This document shows, in pieces, positions 56,972-64,000 of a stretch of 64,000 nt of DNA. Under the pieces are notes generated by a model, which was given only the letters and a program-made list of their open reading frames with translations, did not search any database and was not told the origin of the DNA. The stretch's first letter is position 1; each line of letters starts with the position of its first letter. Made by a program: the position numbers and the translations under genes. This stretch comes from the human T2T-CHM13v2.0 reference genome, Homo sapiens. The stretch lies in the NCBI RefSeq assembly GCF_009914755.1, contig NC_060938.1. One strand, 5' to 3'.

Positions 56972-58224
56972 TGAAAAATAACCCTTTAGATATCTACAGC
57001 TTTAAACTGTGTGCAGTCATGAAAAGCAGACATTGGAAGTCATTGGCATTTAATAAATTGCAGAAAAATTATACAGTAAATACATTACAATCATTAATAA
57101 TAGGCTCTAATGAGAAGAATTTAATAAATAATCATTAAAAAGACAGCAGAATTTTATCTGTTCTCAATATGTTGCTGCTCTTCTTATCAAATACTATAAT
57201 AAAACTATATGACTATAATATAGCTTTCAGGAGCTAAAAAAAGCCTTATATTTTCAAATAAAAGAACAATATAAATTTTGCAAAATACAATGAGCATTAC
57301 TGAAGTATAAAGTAAATATTTGGAATTAAAATATATGGTCATTTAGATACAGACTAAAAAAGAATAGAAATCTTAATGATTCCTTTCTGCCTACAGTGAG
57401 CTTAAAATTACAACCAAAAATTTTAACAAATATGTAGCACCTACAAGAAATTTTATTAACAGCTTACATAATGTGTAAATTTGAGCAATTTATTTTAGAA
57501 CTTTTGAATCTGAAAATCACCTGCTTGACATTCATTTGAGAAAGTGAAACATAAAGGAGAGTAACATAAGCAAGACGACAGAATGTGAGGTTCTGCATCC
57601 ACATCCCCCACGACATAATGCAGCTGCCACAGCAAACATAAGTGCATTCATGAAAGCCTTGGAATCCAGTTCAGAGTTTGTGGCACCCAGCTGGAGGCAA
57701 AGACCAAGGAAGACATTTTCAGAGGGTGAGCACTTGACCAAGTGGCAAGCTTGCCAATCATGGTCCCGGCTTCAAAACAGAATACTGCCACATCTTACTG
57801 TAGACTTGGCTATAACTCATTTGACCTTGGTCCTGCCACTGCAACAATCTGTGAAAAACACAAGAGAATTCATACTCACCTGAGACTTAGGTGACAGGCC
57901 TGCAGAACTTGGTTCTCTCTATAGTCACTGAGTCAGGCAAAACACACCTTCTTTCCTTCTCCAGCCATGGTCTGGAAGAAATCTTCACATTGATATGATG
58001 AAATGCTAACTAACAATATGAAAAATACTAAAGTATAAATGTCACTAAAATGGTAAATACATACTGAATTTCAGAATACTATAAATTGTTATCATCTTAA
58101 ACTAGACTATTAAAATACAAGATGTTTTACCTAAGTCTCATGATAACCACTAGGAAAAAAAAACTGCAGTAAAGAAAAAGAGAAAGTAATTAAAGCATAC
58201 ACAAACAACAAAAATTACACATTG

Positions 58225-58445
58225 GATATGGTGTCTCCTGCTTATAATTCCAACACTTTGGGAGGCCAAGGTGGAAGGATGAAATCTCCTTGGGTGTTGC
58301 GGTACGTGTCCAAGTAGTCCAAGCTACTTGGGTGGCTAAGGTGGGAGGATTATTTGAGCCCAGGAGGTTGAAGCTACAGTGAGCTGTGATATGCCACTGC
58401 ACTTCAGTCTGAGCAAGAAAGCATAACTTTGTCTCAACAAAAATG
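58225..58445 (+). mobile_element. AluJ with an internal deletion
   Basis: Alu consensus fragments. Confidence 0.75.
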
Positions 58446-58584
58446 AACAATACCACAGGAAAGACAGAACCAGAAAAAAAAGAAGCAAACTTAAAATGGA
58501 CAGAAAACTACAAATTTACAATAGTAACTCCTTACCTATCACTACCTTACAAATAAAAAGATTAAAGTATCTACTAAACAGATA

Positions 58585-58957
58585 CTGCTGTACACTGAAT
58601 GTCATCTCCAAAATTTAGGATAAAATTTAATAGCCAACATGTTAGAATTAAGAGGTGGAACCTTTAAAAATTAATTAAGCTCTAAGAACTCTGCCCTCAT
58701 GAATGGATTAATGTTCTTATTATGGGAATGGGCTAATTATAACAAGAATGGATCTGTTATATATTAAAAAAAAAAGCTCTCTCTCCCTCACATCTTTGTC
58801 TATGTTATTATCCAGCAACTAGACCTTCAACATATACCAGTATCATGTTGTTTTGGCTTCCCAGCCTCCAGAATCATAAGTCAAATAAAATTCTATTCTT
58901 TATTAATTACCAGTGTGTGATATTCAGTTATAGCAGCCAAAAGAGACTAAAGCAGAC
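58585..58957 (+). mobile_element. MST-type MaLR LTR
   Basis: CTCTGCCCTCATGAATGGATTAATG..CCCAGCCTCCAGAA..AATAAA..TTATAGCAGC..GACTAA. Confidence 0.8.
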
Positions 58958-59519
58958 AGAGTGGATAAATTAATCTTTTAAACCTCATAATATGCTGCTT
59001 ACAAGAGACTCAATTATGAATTAAGAGCATAGGCTAAAAGTGAAAGGATAGAAAATGATATTCCATGCAAACAATAACCAAAGGAGTGCAACGGTAATGC
59101 TTAAATTAGACAAAATAGACTTTCTAGCAATGTCTCTCACAAGCATGAAATGAGTTTACCATACAATAATAATAGAGGTTAATTTCTCAAGAGAATATAG
59201 CTTTATATATTTATGCACCCAAAAGGGAGGCTTCTAAATATAAAAAGCAAATATTGCCAGAACTGTAGGGAGAAGTAGAAAGAAACCAAATAATAGAAAA
59301 CTTTAATGAAATGTATAATAAAGGACATATAGTTAACAGCATTGTAAATTGGCAAGGGAAAGCTGGTCTCATGTGTTGCATTTGAGAATGCAGCAAAGAA
59401 AGTGGGAACTGATAATTTTACTGCAAGCCTGAGTTAGGATGAAAAACAGGGTGGTCGATTAGAGGTTCCACTTGCCATACATTAAAAAAACACAGGAGAA
59501 AACCAGTCCTCCTCTGGAG

Positions 59520-59910
59520 TGTTAAAATAATTAAAGAGCAGAAAATTAGTCTAAAGTGGCTCTAGTGCCCTGTGTTCATAGGTAAAAAGCAAAAAACAAA
59601 CAAAAAAAAATCTAAAACCTAACTCAAATATATTTCCTATAAAACACTATCTTAGCCTGAAGCAAAATGCAGGTTTAACCCATGACAAACATGCAATTAA
59701 CCTCTGAATATGTAACCAGGACATTTCCATCTGGATAGTTCAAATAAGGCTACCATATAACTGGAACCAATTCTTGAATTTGGGTTGCTTTCTCATGCAT
59801 CTTATAAAAGCCTTTCCTTTATGCCCCTCTGGTGGACCAGAAATCATGGCTGGGTGCTTTCCATTTCACCAATCACTCTTTGTTCAGATAAACTGATGAA
59901 CCTTTTAACA
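59520..59910 (+). mobile_element. MER93-like ERV1 LTR
   Basis: TGTTAAAATAATTAA...TTTTAACA termini and an internal TATAAAAG. Name is from recall. Confidence 0.6.
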
Positions 59911-59939
59911 TAGACTCCCGTTAATTTTTAACAAGAGAG

Positions 59940-60560
59940 ACTGGGGACCCCACGGGCCGCAGCTCCTCCCACGCAAACACCCAGTCGCGGTTTTTCCCTG
60001 ATGACCCACCAGGCCTCCCTGAACAATCTGGGAAATACTCATGGCTGTGGGCGCAGAGCAGGGCGCTGCCCAGGGACAGGACCGGATGAGCCGGACGGGA
60101 CGTGGGGCCCTCGCTGCTGGCCCAGCGGCCATCTTGCAGCCACAGGGGACTGAGGGCCAAGCTGCGGGAGACTCGGAGCTAACCGTGGGGAGGCCGGTCC
60201 TGCCGGTTTCACAGCCTGCTCTCCCCTCTCGGGATGGCGAACCCCGTATACTCACCATTTCCCAGCTTCCAGGATGTCCTGGCACCTTAACTATGCGTCC
60301 CCAAGGACCTACAGATCGCAGGGCAACAGGGGCTGTGAGAGAGTAGCCCAGGGCTCCCAAGGTGCAGGAGGCGAAAGCGGAGACGGATCCCAAGTTCCTG
60401 TGCCAGCGCCAGCGAGAGACACAGATCCCGCCAAACGCCGGAAGCCACGCCCTCCTCTCCTGTCCTCTCCAACTGCGCGCCTGATTGGGCGGTTCCCACA
60501 TCAGTGTCAATGACTGGATAAAACTCCAGGACGCACCCACCCGAGCCTGACTCCTGCCCT
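59940..60560 (-). promoter_or_regulatory. CpG-island promoter of ZNF91-family KRAB-ZNF type
   Basis: CpG-rich. CCAAT (60484-60488, minus), GC box (60487-60492), ETS CCGGAAG (60438-60444) and YY1-like AAGATGGCCGC (60125-60135, minus). Confidence 0.8.
60256..60440 (-). pseudogene. Orphan KRAB-ZNF first exon ending in ATG with an intact splice donor
   Basis: ...GCCAGGACATCCTGGAAGCTGGGAAATG|GTGAGT is the typical ZNF91-subfamily exon 1 ending. The 5' boundary is approximate. Confidence 0.8.
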
Positions 60561-60589
60561 TACCCCCACTCCCCCTCAGACTTAGTGCA

Positions 60590-62525
<1,936 letters not shown>

Positions 62526-63384
62526 TGACAGGCAAACAGGCTCCTATATTTGGGGTCACGTGCCCAGAGTATCACAGCTAATTCAGACGTGAGCTGAGAC
62601 TTGAAATGCACGTGCTCTTTCCCTTACCTGGGTCTGTTGTATAATGCATCTTAGCAGCTATGTAACAGTAGGAATTAGAATATTTAGACATCTTTTTAGC
62701 AACTTTTTAACCTGCATTTTTGTAACGTGGTAAAGACCTTCATCCCATCCCTGAGCCCCTCTCTCACAACACTGCACCCCACTGCTGACCACACTGTTGT
62801 GTGACCATTAGGAATCAGGGGGGCAGCGGGGGCTGGAAATAAATAAGAAAGGATTATGTTTCCCAAATTTGCTCACCTTAGAAAGTCTCCTCAACCATTC
62901 TGTGTGAGGTGATTTTTCCAAGGTAATTGTGCCCTGACTGCGCTGGATGTCAGTGTGTCTTGTCTTTTTGAAAATCACTGGATTACTCTCATGAACGGAG
63001 TATTTCTCTTTCTATTTGAAAATGGTCAACTGTCCTCTGCAGGTGTCCTGACTTGCTAGTTTAGACCCTGAAGGTAGCGGTGAGAAAATATTTGGGCCAC
63101 ATCAGAATACCTATTCTCAGCTGGAGGATATATAGAAATTTCTTAATAATATCTAACCATTTTCTCAATAACCATTATATTTAACATTGATAGCTTGGAA
63201 GGCAGGGAAGGACACAGATGGCACAATCTTCAAAGTTTAATTTAGTTATCAGGTTTTTTTTTTGTTCTTGCTTAGTTTTGCTTAGTTTTTGGATACAAGG
63301 TCTTGCTCTGGTGCCCAGGCTGGAGGGCAGTGGCATAATGATAACTCATAATTTGGTTGTAACGGTTCTTTAAAATATATTTTT

Positions 63385-63646
63385 GCCGAGAGTGCTAGCT
63401 CATACCTGTAATCTAAACACTTTGGGTGGCCAAGGTGGGATGATCGCTTGATCCCAGGAGTTCAAGACGAGTCTGAGCAACATAAGTAGACTCAGTCTCT
63501 AGAAAAATATTTAAAAATTGTCTGGGTGTAGCTTTGCATGCCTGTAGTCCCAGCTACTTGAGAGGCTGATTTGAAAGCATCACTGGAGCCTAAGAATTTG
63601 AAGATGCAGTGACCCATGATTCAGCCACTGCATTGACAGAGTGAGA
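63385..63646 (+). mobile_element. AluJ (diverged), with an Alu fragment at 63285-63350 (minus)
   Basis: Alu consensus sequence. Confidence 0.8.
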
Positions 63647-64000
63647 TATGTGTGTGTCTCTGTGTGTGTGTATAAAGAATTTGTATGTGAAAAAAATTCA
63701 AGCACAGGAGAAAAGTGAAAGCCCATGGTGGGGGATGTGGAGAAAGGTCAGTGTGGCTCCAGCACCTCAGTGCGACTTGGTTTTCCATCTTGAAGAATTG
63801 CCCATCCACACTGAAACCATAGCCTAACATATGCCATTTCTCACACTACACCTGCTGGGATACAAGTATGTAGCCTTTTGAAAAAAATAAAATCTTTCAC
63901 CTAAGAGAAGGACAAGAGAAAATGAGGGTTTCACATCTAAAGCCTTCATTTTCTTTATGAATCAACAGCCACTTGTCATTTGAATTGTCCAGAGGCGACT

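Noticed and set aside
59905-60540. 211 aa ORF over the CpG island
   Set aside because: GC-rich, stop-poor sequence that reads through the exon 1 splice donor; not a credible CDS.

Overview
Primate (very probably human) genomic DNA with no intact protein-coding gene. It looks like a repeat-rich pericentromeric or segmental-duplication mosaic. In order along the window: a beta-satellite-related ~70 bp repeat block with an internal inversion (1-1660); a pol-less ERV1 provirus on the minus strand (1665-5500); a ~139 bp satellite array resembling ACRO1 (~6300-9450), whose monomers each carry two back-to-back ZNF143/THAP11-type motifs, a GC box and a CRE half-site; a solo LTR inserted in the last monomer; a Y3 RNA pseudogene; an ERVL pol remnant; many L1, Alu and MaLR elements, several nested; a processed CTDSP2 pseudogene (ATG at 54714); and an orphan ZNF91-family KRAB-ZNF CpG-island promoter and first exon (minus strand, ~60256-60440) with no KRAB or zinc-finger exons visible downstream. 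Repeat subfamily names come from recalled consensus sequences and need RepeatMasker/Dfam confirmation. The chromosome cannot be assigned from the sequence alone.
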